Virus record (IMG/VR): IMGVR_UViG_3300039286_000350
Location: 2,984-66,983 of that record
From: a virus
Direction: 5' to 3' (one strand)
Length of the DNA stretch: 64,000 bases
Part shown: positions 24,640 to 33,599 of the stretch, piece after piece
Position numbering within the stretch: the first letter of the stretch is position 1
How the letters are laid out: each line of letters begins with the position of its first letter
Program-made: the position numbers and the translations under genes
Notes under the pieces: generated by a model
Databases searched by the model: none
The model's input: only the letters and a program-made list of their open reading frames with translations
Told to the model about the DNA's origin: nothing

Positions 24640-25101
24640 CTACTCCTCAGGGTCTGGAAGTTCACGGTACGACGAGTCGAGGAGTTCGATAGCGTGGTAG
24701 CACTGAAACTCCGGATCCTCTGAGGTGAATACTCGATAGGGAGTTCCAAGGCCAACGCTCTTAAACTGCCCAGCTGTGAGGTCAAAGATATGGGTTAGCG
24801 AGAAGGACGTGATGAAGTGATGAGGCCAAACTTCGGAGTCGTCGTTCTTGAATGCTCCCGAGAAGAGGTGGAAGTGGCATTTGGGTGTTGAGGACCACTT
24901 CAGGTAAGCCATCAAGAGTGCATGCGAGAGGACGCACAACCCAGACGGGTATACTGGGTCTAGTTTCCTGATGGTAGAAGAGAAAATGCGCATCGTGGAC
25001 CGCATCTCTTGGATCACTGCATCGTCAACGTCGAAGCGAGAAGGTGGGAGGTCTAGCTCCGGGTTGACGTGGAGAGATTGTAGGTCAGTCGGAATAGTCA
25101 C
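24640..25101 (-). CDS. Hypothetical protein (papain-like C-H-D pattern possible)
   Basis: SGLC..PHHF..IFDLTAGQF. Confidence 0.55.
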   Translation of the reverse strand: MTIPTDLQSLHVNPELDLPPSRFDVDDAVIQEMRSTMRIFSSTIRKLDPVYPSGLCVLSHALLMAYLKWSSTPKCHFHLFSGAFKNDDSEVWPHHFITSFSLTHIFDLTAGQFKSVGLGTPYRVFTSEDPEFQCYHAIELLDSSYRELPDPEE

Positions 25102-25292
25102 GAAGTATCTGCCCCACGTTCATCTGTGGCGATATTAGCAGCGTTGTTAAGAGAAGTAGCCAACTCGCGAGCCTCGGCAGGAGTGTAACCCTCCAAATAC
25201 GCCTCCTCGCCCCATGCTGCCTCAATCTCCTCAACCCAAACTCGACCACCCTGAGTTGAGATCTGAATGTTTCTAATCTTCTGGACCTCCAT
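25098..25292 (-). CDS. Hypothetical protein
   Basis: GTGA overlap. Confidence 0.55.
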   Translation of the reverse strand: MEVQKIRNIQISTQGGRVWVEEIEAAWGEEAYLEGYTPAEARELATSLNNAANIATDERGADTS

Positions 25293-25301
25293 ATGAATCT
25301 C

Positions 25302-25685
25302 TTACTCAAGGTATCGCTTGTTGCACTGGATGCGCACTTGTAAATAAAGCTCTTGAATGGTCGTGCGAGCGACGAGAGCAGGGATTACTTCCACTTTGAT
25401 CCGCTCGGCGAAGAGTTGCTGAGCTCTCGTGGTATACCCGTTTTCACGAAGCATCTTGCAGAGTGAGACGAAGAGCCCTGGCGATGCCACGGGTAGTTCT
25501 TTGGCTGCCTGCTTTGCATTCGCACGGAAGTCTTCTAGCTCAGCCTGGGTCAGTGCGGGAGCCGAGTCCTTGTCTGAGTCACTGCCGAAAACGTCGTCAA
25601 AGGATGTGCCAGTGATCATAGCAACGCAGATCACGAGGGTAAAGCAAGCGACGCACACGGAGAAGAATAGGCTGTCAGAGTCCAT
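25302..25685 (-). CDS. Membrane-anchored hypothetical protein
   Basis: N-terminal hydrophobic helix. Confidence 0.55.
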   Translation of the reverse strand: MDSDSLFFSVCVACFTLVICVAMITGTSFDDVFGSDSDKDSAPALTQAELEDFRANAKQAAKELPVASPGLFVSLCKMLRENGYTTRAQQLFAERIKVEVIPALVARTTIQELYLQVRIQCNKRYLE

Positions 25686-25714
25686 GGGTGTCCTACCTGA
25701 CTGGGGAGTGGGTT

Positions 25715-27424
25715 CTAACCAACGAGGGCGTAGTCATGGGATCCATATCCGTAGTGGGTCAGTGCTTCCTGCTCTTCGGGGGTGAGTATTTTGAAGAAAT
25801 CCTCCTCGTCACCGAAGATATCTGCAGATTCTTCCGCTCGTTCCCTGAGGACGTGCCATTGTGCCTCCTCGACGGTCATTTTGCAGAGCAGGTGGTACCA
25901 GATGACGGTAGTTTGTTCGTGGGTTGGAACACCTTTCTGCCGGCGGCGGTTACGTCCCCATAGTTGCTCGACCTTCTTGGGGTTGTAGAGGGTGTTAAAC
26001 GCGATGCCATAGTGGGCGGTCTGCAGGTTTAGTGCGTATCCAGCCTTGCTAGTAATGAGTAGGATGCGAGGTCCATCCTTACGCTCGAATTCGAGTCTTG
26101 CCCTAGTGTTTTCCAGTTCGTCGTGGTTGCCATCAATGCGAGCCCATGAGATGCCATACTCATCGAGACGGTCTGCGACATCATTGAGTGGCTGATGAAA
26201 GCGAGAGAAGACGATGATCTTCTCAGCACCTAGCTCTCCGGTAATCAGTTCCATACATTTGGTAAGCTTGACACTCTCTTTCCGTTTCTGGTTCGGAAGT
26301 GAGGTCATGCCATCGCAGCAACGTAGCTGATACAGGTGTTTTAGGGCGTACTCAACCTCTTTGGTGTGAGGTGCATCATAGCCTTTGGATTGTTTGAAGA
26401 AGTCGTAGACTAGGTTACCGTTGCTGATCTCGATATAACGCTCACGTTGAACTTTGGAGAGGTCTAGCCAGATGGGTTCGACTTCGAGTGGTGGGAGGTG
26501 CTTGGCGACGACCTCCCAAGGGTGGCGGATCCACCAAGGTCTGATTGCGGTCTTGAGAGCGGGAAGGTTGTCCTTGTTCGCACCGAGTATTTTCTCGACC
26601 TGGATGCGTTTGACCTTCATCCTCTTCTCACCTGGATCCCAATAGCGTGAGCGCACTTTCATGCGTTTGACCTCGCAGTGCATCATTTTGTAGCGCTCAG
26701 GTGAGGTGCCTAGCGGTGATTCCTTGCCGTGAATGGTCCAGAACAAGGAGAACAAATCCATGGGCCCGGTCTCTAGCGGAGTGGCTGAGAGACCCCAGAT
26801 GTACTCGACAGGATTGACATTGGCATGCTTGAGCATCATTTCAGAGAGGCGGAAGAATTCAACCTGCTCTCCTCGGGTTGGTGCGCAGAGAGCGCGGAGA
26901 CGTGGTGCGATAGATTTGGGTTCGGTCTTCGGGGTCTTGATGAACGAGACCTCGTCCAGGATGATCAAATCGAACTTGTTGAGAAGGGTTCCGATATCAG
27001 CCGCGGCAGTCTGATAGGAGCATGTCATCATGTCCGGTAGATAGTCAGACTCTAGGCGTCGGAGCCTCTTCTTTTTCTCGCCACGATGGGGCTCGATGCT
27101 GATTCCGGTGGTCCATTCATCGACCTCTTCGACCCACTGATCTACGTCAGTGCCAAGTGAGACTACTAGGACATGCTCAATCTTGCCCAGTTCAATTAGC
27201 TTGAGTGCCCCAAGTATAGCGATGAGCTTCTTGCCGGCGGCAGGGTACTCAGCGATGACACACCGCTTGCGCATGATCGCAAAGGCGGCATCGACTTTCT
27301 GATAGTCATAGGGCTCACAACCCTCGGGAGGATCAAGTGCCTCTACAGTGAGTTTTGGGTCTTTTACAGCGAGGAATTCCTCAACCGTGGGCTGACCGTC
27401 AAGAGTCAGGACTGGCATCAGCAA
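25715..27424 (-). CDS. SNF2-family helicase-like ATPase
   Basis: LIILDEVSFIK, GLSATPLE, KIIVFS, GYALNLQTA, EQLWGRNRR. Confidence 0.85.
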   Translation of the reverse strand: MLMPVLTLDGQPTVEEFLAVKDPKLTVEALDPPEGCEPYDYQKVDAAFAIMRKRCVIAEYPAAGKKLIAILGALKLIELGKIEHVLVVSLGTDVDQWVEEVDEWTTGISIEPHRGEKKKRLRRLESDYLPDMMTCSYQTAAADIGTLLNKFDLIILDEVSFIKTPKTEPKSIAPRLRALCAPTRGEQVEFFRLSEMMLKHANVNPVEYIWGLSATPLETGPMDLFSLFWTIHGKESPLGTSPERYKMMHCEVKRMKVRSRYWDPGEKRMKVKRIQVEKILGANKDNLPALKTAIRPWWIRHPWEVVAKHLPPLEVEPIWLDLSKVQRERYIEISNGNLVYDFFKQSKGYDAPHTKEVEYALKHLYQLRCCDGMTSLPNQKRKESVKLTKCMELITGELGAEKIIVFSRFHQPLNDVADRLDEYGISWARIDGNHDELENTRARLEFERKDGPRILLITSKAGYALNLQTAHYGIAFNTLYNPKKVEQLWGRNRRRQKGVPTHEQTTVIWYHLLCKMTVEEAQWHVLRERAEESADIFGDEEDFFKILTPEEQEALTHYGYGSHDYALVG

Positions 27425-27608
27425 AGATCTGGTCGGCTACTTCTCGGCCATCTTGGTCACTGATGCCGCTCAGGGCTACGTGCTGCGCAAAGTCGAACTT
27501 GTAAACGTCACCTGTGTTTGGATCAAGGAGCTCGGCGGAGGCTGGGCCTGTCCGACGAAGGGTTCCGACTAGGATATCCTTCCAGGTAGGAATCTCGTCA
27601 GATGGCAT
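27399..27608 (-). CDS. Hypothetical protein
   Basis: Operon packing. Confidence 0.55.
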   Translation of the reverse strand: MPSDEIPTWKDILVGTLRRTGPASAELLDPNTGDVYKFDFAQHVALSGISDQDGREVADQIFADASPDS

Positions 27609-27628
27609 TTGACTTATGTTTGGCAGTG

Positions 27629-28183
27629 TCAGTGGTCTTCAAGTTTTCCTTCACCACGAAGGGTTGGGATGTCAGCTAGTGAGTCTATAGAATACCACTC
27701 CCAGGTCTCCATCTCATCCCACTCAGGGGAACCACGTTTTGCCTCGGCCAACTTGCGAAGCCTGCGTGAGCCATAAATCCGTTCGTATTCCGACGTGACA
27801 GCGAAGGCGTAGTCGCGTCGTTTGAGTCGGTTGCCGTGGTCATTAGACTCAACGTTGGATGTGATTCTGTTCAGTTTGAACACAAGACCGCCGACTCTGA
27901 ACTCGAACGTGTCCACGGCCAGGTGAGTAGCACCCTTAAACTCAGCCTTCGGGGTCGGCCACATTTCGTAGCCCATGAATTCTCCGAGGGCTCGTTCAGC
28001 GTTCTTCCGTTCCTCGAATTCCTTCTTTTTGCGAGCCTCTTTCTCTTTGTCTCGTTTCTCTGCCTCTTCGAGATGGAGACCCTCAGCAGCAATGCGTATT
28101 TTACGCTCTAGCTCATCCTCGCCAGACTCGACGGGGAGCTTAGAAGGAAGAGAGTGGGATGTATCGGGGAAGGTTTGCATCAT
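27629..28183 (-). CDS. Hypothetical protein
   Basis: ATGA overlap. Confidence 0.6.
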   Translation of the reverse strand: MMQTFPDTSHSLPSKLPVESGEDELERKIRIAAEGLHLEEAEKRDKEKEARKKKEFEERKNAERALGEFMGYEMWPTPKAEFKGATHLAVDTFEFRVGGLVFKLNRITSNVESNDHGNRLKRRDYAFAVTSEYERIYGSRRLRKLAEAKRGSPEWDEMETWEWYSIDSLADIPTLRGEGKLEDH

Positions 28184-28374
28184 TCCTCACGAGCAAGGTC
28201 CATTGGGGTCACGATCGGTGGGACGGATTTGGGTGGACCAGTGGGTCGGTATTTGCTGCAATCGCAATCATGGTGATGGCAGGGGGTTGCATTGCTGAGC
28301 TTGTTCGGAGCGGGGAAGTGTTCCGATTTCAGGTGCCCACAGTAGCAGAGTGGCTCAAGGTCCAGTTCTGGCAC
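28180..28374 (-). CDS. Small Cys/His-rich protein
   Basis: CYCGH..H..C..DCDC.KY. Confidence 0.6.
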   Translation of the reverse strand: MPELDLEPLCYCGHLKSEHFPAPNKLSNATPCHHHDCDCSKYRPTGPPKSVPPIVTPMDLAREE

Positions 28375-28376
28375 GT

Positions 28377-28565
28377 TCAGCGTACTTCACTTTCATGCCG
28401 GAAGCGACTACACTTCTGACAGGTATTCCTATGCTTCCCGTTTATACAACGGCAAAAGCGACACACCCAATCGCCAGGCATGGATCCCATGATACCAGCC
28501 ATCAAGCCACTTCCACCGCAACTAGGAGCACAATGTACGAGACGTAGGCCAACGCCAGCCACCAC
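28377..28565 (-). CDS. RanBP2-type zinc-finger micro-protein
   Basis: GDWVCRFC..N..R..CQKC. Confidence 0.5.
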   Translation of the reverse strand: MVAGVGLRLVHCAPSCGGSGLMAGIMGSMPGDWVCRFCRCINGKHRNTCQKCSRFRHESEVR

Positions 28566-28602
28566 ATGAGATGATATACTCAGAGTAGGTTAGGAGCTTG
28601 AA

Positions 28603-31600
28603 CTACGACGAGGGGCTGTCGGCAGCGCCCGTTGCTGAATTCAGGAAGGACAGGTTAGCCTCATTCTCCTTAGCAACACGCTCGATCTGGGCTGCAGAGT
28701 CTAGCAGTGGCTCCCCCAAGGTTAGTTGCAGAAGGCGTGGGGCAGAGATCTCAGTTGTGATGGACTGGATGCGGAGGAGTTTGTCTTCTCCCCTGAACCG
28801 GAACGGTACTAGGTCACCAACGTCAGTGTCAACTGGGATGTCTTCGACGTCTACGGCAGAAATAGTGAAGGTTTCGGCAGGCCAAGCTGAGATCTCGACC
28901 AGTTGCTGGCCTAGCTCGTTAGCACGATGGGTTGACTGGATATTGGAGTCGCGGTAGACTCCATATCTGATTCCGTAGACATCCTCGCTTGTTCCACCTG
29001 TTGCTGCATCCCAGTCAGGGTCAGAAGGTGGGCGACCGAACTCGTCGTGGCGGTAGAACAAGTCAGAAGGAAGGCGCCCTTGCCGGTCTTTTGCAGATCG
29101 TAGCTCCGCAACCAATTGAGTTCGGTCAGATCCGTAGCCCAGCAAGATGAGGCGGTTGACGACCTGGTTTGGCTCCTTAGATACTTTGTTCGCGACAATG
29201 TTCTTGCCGTAACGTAGGTCGAGCCCGTTCGGGATCTTGGAGTGGTCAATGCCACGAGATCTATAGTGCAGGACCTTCTTAGGTGAGGTGTCGTAGTCGA
29301 GATCTACCTCTCCAAAGGTCTGGTTTCGGATGGTACCGATAGCATTGAGGACCGTTGCAAAGTCAGCATTGTATTCGAGGACGTTGTGGGGGTCGCGTCT
29401 GATGCCATAAGGACGGATGGTGCCCGAGATCAGTCGTAGTTTGAATGGGGTGGGGAACTGGTTGCTGAACCAGGCTGGGAGTTTGAGCGACTGGGCGGAG
29501 AAATCTTGAGCGGCTGGGAGTTTGTAGCCGATGATCTCCTTGCAAGACGCGTTGTCAACAACCAGGTGCTTGAATTCAGAAGGTCCTTCGGCTTCTTCTG
29601 GGTTCCAGCGGATCATTGAGAACACTGCGGTTTGGGTGTCTGCGCGAGGGGTCCAGTCAATGGTTATTTTGCCAACTGAGGACTGAACGGTGGCTGCTTT
29701 GATCGTAGCATCCTGGAAGTATGATTTTTCGTTGATGTATGGAGACAACGATCCAAAGATGACCTGGAACTGGTCTAGGTTGATGCCAAATTCAGCGTTA
29801 GCTATCTTGGCTTCCAGCGTTATACGATATGTATGCCCTGCCCGGAAGAGGTTGGTGAACGCATAGCTGATTCCAGCACCTAGGTTTTTGTATTTAACGT
29901 CAAATGAACCGGTACCAGAGATTTGACCTGAGGTAATCCGAGTCAAGGTTGCTGCGATGCGGATTGCATTGTTTGGGTTGGTGACTACAGCGGAGGTCCA
30001 CCCGTTCGTGTTGGTCTCAGCACCAGTATTGGAGATTAGCTCATTCCCGAACGCGTAGGTTCCGACAGAGTCGTCAATGACCGGGGACCAGAGCTGCTCC
30101 TCGGGAACAGCCTCCGCTTGGATTGGCAGGTCATCAGATAGGCAAGTGAGTTCGACTACAGCTTCTTCTGGGATGCCATAGTATAGTAGCTCACAAGTAG
30201 TGCCAGACGTGATCCAGGTGAACTCATCTTCGGCAGCAGAGGTCTGTCGGTACGGGCCGGTTGCGCCTGCTGATATTGGCGGGTCGGCTAGTTTGGTCCA
30301 ACCGACACCGTCATAGGTTAGAGCGGACTCATCTACTAGCTCATCTCGATCATCGGGGGTTAGACCGGCCGTGTCAGGGATCTGTTGGTACTCCCAGCCT
30401 GTATCCTTTGTTTCATCAGTTCGGTAGAGCTCAAGGCGTTCGACCCTTACTCGGCCTTCGGGTAGATCAAGCGAGCCGGTAGGTACGGTTCCGAGCATCT
30501 CGAAGAAGATCGCGGCAGTGGCTGCTCGGGCCGGGACTTCGGCTGGGAATGAGACAGCGCCGGCTTGGGGTTGTTCTTCGACAATATCGAGCGCACGGTC
30601 GGCATAGGATTCAGAAAGAAATGCTGAGTCCTTGTCATAGAATCGGAGGCCATAGCGTAATTTGTAGCCGTTGTCATCGGCATAAGTGGATCGGAAGATG
30701 AACGAGAGCAGCAAGCGATCTCCACCAGAGCATGCGAAGCGCCAAGGAGCGCCAGTCTCTACAGCAGGCATCTCGGTTGTGGTGCCTGCCAGGTGTCGGA
30801 GCAGTCCTGCTGACAGCTCAAGCACAATATTCGGGCTATTCAGCTTTGTTCGTAGATCTGACGGTGCTGTGAGTTTGGTCGATGCAGACCAGGGAGTCCA
30901 GCGATCATTCTCACCATCGATCCGAGCTCGGACTGCATAGTAGGCCACTGAGGGGTTGGGATACAAGTCATGCCAGGTATCTACGTTGGCTGAGATATTG
31001 GCAATGACGTCAGCATTGGTTGGGGTTGTAGCATCGCGGCGGCGAGAGATCTGCCAGCGGTCAACTGATCGGTTGGTGAGTCCAGTTTGGGGAAGAGTGA
31101 CCATCACGATCTCTCTTACTAGATCCACCTCAACGGCAGGTTCTGGAGGAGCAAGCAGATAAGCTGTGTATGTATCTTCCGGGGCTGTGGTGAATGAGAC
31201 GGCTGGGGTGGGGATTGCTTGGTCTGCAAATTCCTCGTACACCGACAGCACTCGGACGAAGTAGGTTTCCTGAGGTAGGAGGGACAGCTTGTATTCGTCG
31301 TCAGATGTTGACGGCAAACGGTCCCAATCAAGGCCATCAGATGATATCTCAACCACGTGGTAGTCGGCGCCTCGCGCAGCGTCCCATTTCACAAGTGCCG
31401 ACTTGTCTGTGATCTCTGACACCTCAACGTTCGTTGCCTCATACCCGTAGAAGATGCGAAGGGTTGGGGTGGGGTCGTTGAGGATCTCAGTTGCGGTGTC
31501 TTGTGAATCAAGGAGAATCTGAGCTGGTGAGCCATCGGTGAAATCAGGTATCCCAGTCGCCGAGAGTGCGAAGCCCTTGTGAAGATCACCATCCTCATCA

Positions 31601-31710
31601 TGAACGGTTTGAGCCCAGGCCGATACGTCAAGGTCAACGCGTCGTTGAGTATACAGGTGAGGCTGGGTGGTCCCTTTGCCGTCACCTTTGAAGAGAAGTA
31701 GCAGGCTCAT
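28603..31710 (-). CDS. Tail tip protein: FN3, CBM and C-terminal half of a Tal/prophage-endopeptidase fold
   Basis: FN3 (ALVKWDA..YFVRVLS); LRYGKNI..VNRLILLG; DVGDLV..LRIQSIT. Confidence 0.75.
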   Translation of the reverse strand: MSLLLLFKGDGKGTTQPHLYTQRRVDLDVSAWAQTVHDEDGDLHKGFALSATGIPDFTDGSPAQILLDSQDTATEILNDPTPTLRIFYGYEATNVEVSEITDKSALVKWDAARGADYHVVEISSDGLDWDRLPSTSDDEYKLSLLPQETYFVRVLSVYEEFADQAIPTPAVSFTTAPEDTYTAYLLAPPEPAVEVDLVREIVMVTLPQTGLTNRSVDRWQISRRRDATTPTNADVIANISANVDTWHDLYPNPSVAYYAVRARIDGENDRWTPWSASTKLTAPSDLRTKLNSPNIVLELSAGLLRHLAGTTTEMPAVETGAPWRFACSGGDRLLLSFIFRSTYADDNGYKLRYGLRFYDKDSAFLSESYADRALDIVEEQPQAGAVSFPAEVPARAATAAIFFEMLGTVPTGSLDLPEGRVRVERLELYRTDETKDTGWEYQQIPDTAGLTPDDRDELVDESALTYDGVGWTKLADPPISAGATGPYRQTSAAEDEFTWITSGTTCELLYYGIPEEAVVELTCLSDDLPIQAEAVPEEQLWSPVIDDSVGTYAFGNELISNTGAETNTNGWTSAVVTNPNNAIRIAATLTRITSGQISGTGSFDVKYKNLGAGISYAFTNLFRAGHTYRITLEAKIANAEFGINLDQFQVIFGSLSPYINEKSYFQDATIKAATVQSSVGKITIDWTPRADTQTAVFSMIRWNPEEAEGPSEFKHLVVDNASCKEIIGYKLPAAQDFSAQSLKLPAWFSNQFPTPFKLRLISGTIRPYGIRRDPHNVLEYNADFATVLNAIGTIRNQTFGEVDLDYDTSPKKVLHYRSRGIDHSKIPNGLDLRYGKNIVANKVSKEPNQVVNRLILLGYGSDRTQLVAELRSAKDRQGRLPSDLFYRHDEFGRPPSDPDWDAATGGTSEDVYGIRYGVYRDSNIQSTHRANELGQQLVEISAWPAETFTISAVDVEDIPVDTDVGDLVPFRFRGEDKLLRIQSITTEISAPRLLQLTLGEPLLDSAAQIERVAKENEANLSFLNSATGAADSPSS

Positions 31711-32378
31711 CCGACGCCCATGAGTAGCTTGCGGCGGCCGGTTGCACTTTGTTCAGCGGTGAGTTTACCTGAAACCAGATTGACCATGTTTGGGTTGGAA
31801 CCATTGCCGCCCATTCCGACGTAACCTTCTTTGAAGGTAGAATCAGACGCTGTCGAACCCATCTGGACGATGGTTCCTTCTCCTTCTCGTCTCCACGCTT
31901 GGAGCGATCCATTCATGTTGGTCAAGTAGAAGCTAAAGTTTTCCAAGGAGACGAACGTGGGTTCGGTTTCCATCAAGACTGTGCCGCCACCTTCGAACCA
32001 GCGAGTGAGTACGAATTTGAGGACAGTGGTGCTGGATACAGTGATCCACTGCAATTGGTAACCAGACACTTTGGCGCCCATTTCAGAGAAGAGCCAGATG
32101 CCGGTGCGACGATCGGCATTATTTAGTGCGCCGGTGGTCTTGGTAATGCCCACGCCTGCGAAGCCACCCGTTATTTGTGCTACATTATAATAGGCACCAG
32201 ATCTCACTGAGGGCTCTGCAGTTTCGGTGTACGTGGTAGGACTCCATCCGGTGGTTTCAGACCAGCTGCCATCGTTGACCGTAGCCCAAGGCATTTTGGT
32301 CATCTGGGCAGGAATCGATGCATGTTTGAGCGAGTCAGTGACAGACATCGCTGCAAGCTGTTCAGGTATCGTTGCCAT
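31707..32378 (-). CDS. Virion protein, lectin-like jelly roll
   Basis: DSTFKEGYVGM motif; tail module context. Confidence 0.6.
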   Translation of the reverse strand: MATIPEQLAAMSVTDSLKHASIPAQMTKMPWATVNDGSWSETTGWSPTTYTETAEPSVRSGAYYNVAQITGGFAGVGITKTTGALNNADRRTGIWLFSEMGAKVSGYQLQWITVSSTTVLKFVLTRWFEGGGTVLMETEPTFVSLENFSFYLTNMNGSLQAWRREGEGTIVQMGSTASDSTFKEGYVGMGGNGSNPNMVNLVSGKLTAEQSATGRRKLLMGVG

Positions 32379-32381
32379 TAA

Positions 32382-33173
32382 TCAGGCAGGTGTTTTGAAG
32401 CCACCAACGAACACGTCGACTTTGGAGCCGGTGGTTTCACACTTGACTTTGATCGGGACGTTGCCGGCCGTTTTGAAGATACCAAATGAATTAGTTTGCT
32501 GCCAGCCACCACCCTTGAATTCGGCGTAGCCAATGACCCGGGCGGTTGCTTCTTCGAGTATTTCGACCCTAGTTGCAACGGTAGCGTGGGCGTTGATGAC
32601 CAAGATGTCTGTTACGACGAAGATCAGGCCAGATCCCGGGGTTGCAATTATTGTGGTCGAAGTGTTGTTTTCGAGGGTCAGCCTACCCTCGACCCGAGAG
32701 TCAAGTGGGAACGGGGTTAGCAGCTGACGACCGAACTTGTCCATCATGACATCAGCACGGTCGTTCTGGGCAACAGCGGCGGGCATTTCGGTGCGGGCCC
32801 GGCCACCAGTCTTGATTGGGTTACCTGAGTCGGCACCGTCGTGGGCAATAGTTCCTCCGACGACATCGACGTCCCCGATGTTGTTGGTTCCAGCCGGAGT
32901 GGCTGGCAATGAGCTGACAGCTACGGTTCCGTCAATTGTCAGCGGTCCGGAGGCGTCTTTGACTTTCAGTTCGCCTTCGAGAAGGGTTTTGATCTGGCCC
33001 AAGGTTGTTTGGGCTGTAGAGTCACCAGTTGGAAGTGGGCTCGCTGATGATACGTCGGTAGCGGAACCATCGGCGCCATGCTGCATCTTAACACGCTGAT
33101 GGTGTACGCCCCCAATTTCATCGGTGGCTACAGTTTTGCCTGAGCCTGGAGTTATTTCTACACCGTCAGCCAT
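32382..33173 (-). CDS. Virion-associated hypothetical protein
   Basis: GGAGG RBS; VATDEIGGVHHQRVK motif familiar from phage tail modules. Confidence 0.65.
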   Translation of the reverse strand: MADGVEITPGSGKTVATDEIGGVHHQRVKMQHGADGSATDVSSASPLPTGDSTAQTTLGQIKTLLEGELKVKDASGPLTIDGTVAVSSLPATPAGTNNIGDVDVVGGTIAHDGADSGNPIKTGGRARTEMPAAVAQNDRADVMMDKFGRQLLTPFPLDSRVEGRLTLENNTSTTIIATPGSGLIFVVTDILVINAHATVATRVEILEEATARVIGYAEFKGGGWQQTNSFGIFKTAGNVPIKVKCETTGSKVDVFVGGFKTPA

Positions 33174-33188
33174 AGTTCCTCCGAGTCA

Positions 33189-33599
33189 TTACATCAGTTG
33201 GGCATCTGAGAGCTTCAATGGGAGCGTCAACTCCTGAGTATCGAGTGCTTGCGGCGGCCAGTTGCCGTTGTCTTCCTCGTCGACCTCGAATACCGCGTAA
33301 GATAAGGTTGCCTCCGAGTACTGCTGAGTTACACGATGGAGGATGATGTTTAGTACATCGTCCTCATCTAGGTCCTCAGGAAAGTGAGCTAGAACAGTCA
33401 ACTCAGCCTTCAGAACGTGGGCACCTGGAGGCAGTACATCACCGGCTTCGGGTCTGATGGAGATCCAGATATATTTACCCTCGCCCATAGCCAAGCGGTC
33501 GGGTTCTTCGGACCCATATTCCCTTGCTGGATGCTCTTCGTCAACGTAGGCATCTAGAATGCCAGCAGTTCCTGATATCTTTGTTACAAATGCACCCAT
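33189..33599 (-). CDS. DNRLRE-like tail-associated domain protein
   Basis: TGATG-coupled start; DAYVDE..YG..L..AEL pattern. Confidence 0.5.
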   Translation of the reverse strand: MGAFVTKISGTAGILDAYVDEEHPAREYGSEEPDRLAMGEGKYIWISIRPEAGDVLPPGAHVLKAELTVLAHFPEDLDEDDVLNIILHRVTQQYSEATLSYAVFEVDEEDNGNWPPQALDTQELTLPLKLSDAQLM

